From positions 10,015,562 through 10,079,561 of the forward strand of contig NC_057754.1 of the NCBI RefSeq assembly GCF_004010195.1: a stretch of DNA of 64,000 bases, given 5' to 3'. This document shows, piece by piece, positions 60,740 to 64,000 of the stretch. Each line of letters opens with the position of its first letter. Position 1 is the first letter of the stretch. A program made the position numbers and the translations under genes. Origin of the DNA: Chiloscyllium plagiosum. Lineage: Eukaryota. The notes beneath the pieces were generated by a model. It did no database searches. It saw nothing but the letters and a program-made list of their open reading frames with translations, and had not been told where the DNA came from.

Positions 60740-62630
60740 AAACAAAAGCAAAAGATGAAGTACAAAAGGAAACTAGCAGAAAGCCTAAGCATTAATACCA
60801 AAGTCTTCAGCAAGTATATATAAAAGCAAAGAAAATAGTGAAATCAAATGTCGACCCAAAAATGGCAAGTAACAATGGGGAAACTCAGCACAGTGGCACT
60901 CTTAACAATATTCTGTCTCTGTTTTCACAGTGGAAGATAATAACTTCTTCCCAAAAACTGCAGTCACTACAGAGGAACTTGTGAAATTACTATAACAAGG
61001 GACAAGGTATTAAGTAAACTGATGGGATTAAAGACAGGTAAGTCCTGGGCCCTGATGGCCTGCACTCCAGGGTATTAAAGGAGATAATGGATGCATTAGT
61101 TATGACATTCCAAAATTCCCTCGATTCTGGAAAAGTACCAGTGGCTTGGAAACATGCTAATGCGATACACTTATTCAGAAAAGGAGAAAGCCAAAAAGTG
61201 GGAAGTGACAAACCAATTAGTTTGACCTCAGTCGTGGGAAGTCACTGGAGTCAATCATAAAGTAGGAGTTGACTGAACACTTGGAAAAACAAAGCTCAAT
61301 TCATGGGTGTCAGCACGGTTTCATGAAGGGCACATCATGCTTGACAAATTTGCTAGAGTTATTCGAGTTGTAACCAGCAAAGTGAATAACAGCGATGTGA
61401 TATATCTGAACTTCCAGAAGGCATTTGACAAGAGGCCACATCAAAGACTGATCCAGAAGGTCAGATCTCAGGGTTGTTAAGGTAGAGCATTAGCTTGGAT
61501 AGAGGATTGGCCGATCGACAGAAAGCAGAGGTTCGAGATAAACGGGTCCTCCTCTGGATGGTGAGCTGTTAGTAGTGGGGTGCCGTAATGCTCAGTTCTT
61601 GAACCTCAACTATTTACAATCTATATAAATGATCTGCAAACTGGGAAAGAATGTAACGTAGGACAATTCAAAGACACTACGACAATAGGTGGGAAAGTCG
61701 GTTGTGATGAGGAGATAGAGTTTACAATGGATATCGCTAGGTTTGGAGAATGGGCCTGAATCTGGCAGTTTGAGTTGAATGTGGATAATTGCGAGGTTGT
61801 CCATTTTGGCCAGAAACATAAAACAGCAAATTGAAATGAGAAGCAGATTCAAAGTGTGTCAGTGCAGAGGGATCTGGATGTCTTTGTGCATGAATAAAGG
61901 TGCAGCATATAAGGAAGGCAAATAGAGTTTTGGCATTTATTACAAAAGGACTGGATTATTAAAGCAAACACATTTTGCTACAATTGTATAAGGCATTGGA
62001 GTAGTGTCCAGTTTTGTTCTCCTTACTTCAGGAAGAGTGTGGTGGCACCAAAGGCAGTTCAGAGGAGGTTTGCAAGATTGATTTCCGAAAATGAAAGGCT
62101 GTCCTCTGAGGAACAGTTGAATAGCTTGGGATTGTACCCACGGGAGTTGAGAAGAATGAGGGGAGATTTGATTGAGATATATAGAATCCTAAAGAGGTGT
62201 GATAAGGTGGAAATTGAACACAGGCTCCCCCTTGTGGGACAGTCTCAAACAAAGTTAAAAATCACACAACACCAGGTTATAGTCCAACAGGTTTAGTTGG
62301 AAGCACACTAGCTTTCGGAGCAACACTTCCAATTAAACCTGTTGGACTATAACCTGGTGTTGTGTAATTTTTATCTTTGTACACCCCAGTCCAACACCCG
62401 CATCTCCAAATCAGTCTCAAACAAGACATTATAGATTTCCAGTGAGAGGAGGTAGGTTCAAAACTGAGATGAGGGTTATAAATCTGTGAAATTCACTGCC
62501 ACAGAGTGGAAGCAGAATCAAACTACAGGTTCAAGAAAGAGATAGAGACGTTTGTGATGAAAAGCAGGATAAAGAGCTTTGGGGAGCAGGTCAGGGGAGT
62601 GTTGAGACCAGGCTAAGATCAACCATGATG
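60740..62630 (+). mobile_element. Decayed CR1 ORF2
   Basis: KSWALMA/GPDGLHSRVLKE region, YLNFQKAFDK, AVQRRFARLI..RMRGDLIEIYRILK. Confidence 0.85.
62253..62411. mobile_element. Palindromic mini-PLE with 13-bp TSD
   Basis: TSD CAGTCTCAAACAA at 62240-62252 and 62412-62424. ~50-bp inverted arms at 62251-62303/62326-62378. Confidence 0.85.
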
Positions 62631-62837
62631 ATGTTAAATGATGGGGTGGGCTGCCTACTGCCTTAGACAAGGGGGAATTCCGATGTTCCACTGAGAATGG
62701 GTACATTTATAAATCAACAAGCAGCAGGAAGAGGCCACTTGTAGTGTTTGGAACAAGGTGGCTCTTGTTGACTACAAGATCCTTGACTGGAGTTGTTAAC
62801 CTGGGCCACTCAGGAAGCTCTGACTCAGTACAAACAG

Positions 62838-63412
62838 GGCATGCTCGTGGAATATATTATTTCCCCATCCAGCTCCACTTTGATTTAATCCCTGCCCTCC
62901 CCTTCACTGTTTGATCACGCAGCAATGCTCTCTGAGAAGGGCACTGCTTGTCACTGGCCACCCTGGTGTTACCTTTCTTCCAGGTGGTGGAAGCTGAATA
63001 CAGATTTGTACACCTTGTGTCTTTCACTGTGTCTCACACCTGCACACACACAATACGGGTGCTGGGGAAAATATAACAACTACCGCAGTTAGGCAGTAAT
63101 GTGGGGGTAAAGAAAAAAAAGGGGGAAAAAAAACCAGGAGATTTAGAGTCTCCAAAAGAAAAAAAAAGGACATGCCAGTTGAGTGTATTATTTCCCTCTC
63201 CAACAACTCTACTTTGATTTAATCCCTGCCCTCCCCTTCACTGTTTGATCTTGCAGCATTGCCCTCTGAGAAGTGCACTGCTTGTCATTGCCACTCAGGT
63301 GTTTCCTTTCTTCCTGGTGGTGAAATACAAATAAAGATTTACACACTTGTTGTTTTTCACTGTGTCTGACACCTGTACACACGTGACATGGGTGCTGGGG
63401 AAAAATAAGCAC
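62838..63412 (+). mobile_element. Two tandem Tx1-type 3' ends
   Basis: actttgatttaatccctgccctccccttcactgtttgatc... at 62877 and 63211, each copy ending gggtgctggggaaaa. Related to 59270-59460. Confidence 0.65.
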
Positions 63413-64000
63413 AAGGAGCTGCTGCTGGGTGCCACGCCTTTTTTCCAGCGAGTAGAATAAAGGGAAGCCGCGGTCCAGGTTGTGGAGGAGCTGAATCCGT
63501 GACCTCACATACGTGCCCCGGGACCAGATGAGCTGCAGGGCTTCTTCCCTTCATACAACCTGTGCAGGGCCGGGTTCACGTTGGGCTGACTGAGACGTGA
63601 CTCCAGATTGAACACCTCCTTCTCCAACTCCTCGATTCTGGATTTCCGCTTCTTTGTCAACCCCATCACGTACTCTTGACAGAAAACGCAGACATGAGCC
63701 TTGCCCACATCCCACCATAGACTCAGGGAGGGGAAGCTTCCCCACCTCCGTCTCCAGAACTGACAAAATGAGTTCCGGAACAGCTTGTCCTCCAGCAGCA
63801 GGTTGTTAAAGTGCCAGTACGCGGACCTGAGCCGGGCGCTGAACGGAAGGAACTCCGCCCACACCAGGTGATGGTCCGTGCACGACACCTGCCGCATGGA
63901 GGTTGCCGGAAAGCAGGAGGAGTATGCCCACGAAACATGCAGGCGGTCGATTCTGGACACTCCGACCCCAGGCCTCACGAAGGTGAAGGCAATGTAGTTG
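63413..64000 (-). mobile_element. Tx1/L1-clade LINE ORF2 (end of APE endonuclease and linker), continues beyond the window
   Basis: SRIDRLHVS..TDHHLV..YWHFNNLLLED..WWDVGKAH..RSRIQ..FYSLEK. Confidence 0.85.

Overview
Eukaryotic, repeat-dense DNA, almost certainly from an elasmobranch (shark), judged from the HE1-type tRNA-derived SINEs, abundant CR1 LINEs and shark-type C2H2 genes. It is a C2H2 zinc-finger cluster with three apparently intact finger-only genes whose coding sequence lies in one exon: ZNF-A (6910-7878, -, 11 fingers), ZNF-B (22322-23527, -, 14 fingers) and ZNF-C (40474-41451, +, 11 fingers). Two decayed ZNF relics lie at about 28.5 kb (+) and 30.1 kb (-). There are two CpG-rich promoters (about 9.9-10.3 kb and 34.5-35.6 kb); the second looks bidirectional (ZNF-B/ZNF-C) and is built around a ~31-bp-period CCAAT/GGAAG minisatellite. 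The rest is transposon-derived: CR1, L2-like, Rex1/Babar and Tx1 LINEs, four solo LTRs with clean TSDs, and many Penelope-like elements (PLEs). The most notable hidden signal is a set of minimal type-I hammerhead ribozyme motifs (CTGAnGA-N-stem-GAAA plus a palindromic helix III) carried by at least three PLE families. These include tiny (~120-300 bp) TSD-flanked, often self-inverted non-autonomous elements. There is one 82-N assembly gap (33870-33951). No database searches were run, family names come from motif recognition only, and TE boundaries are approximate unless TSDs are quoted.
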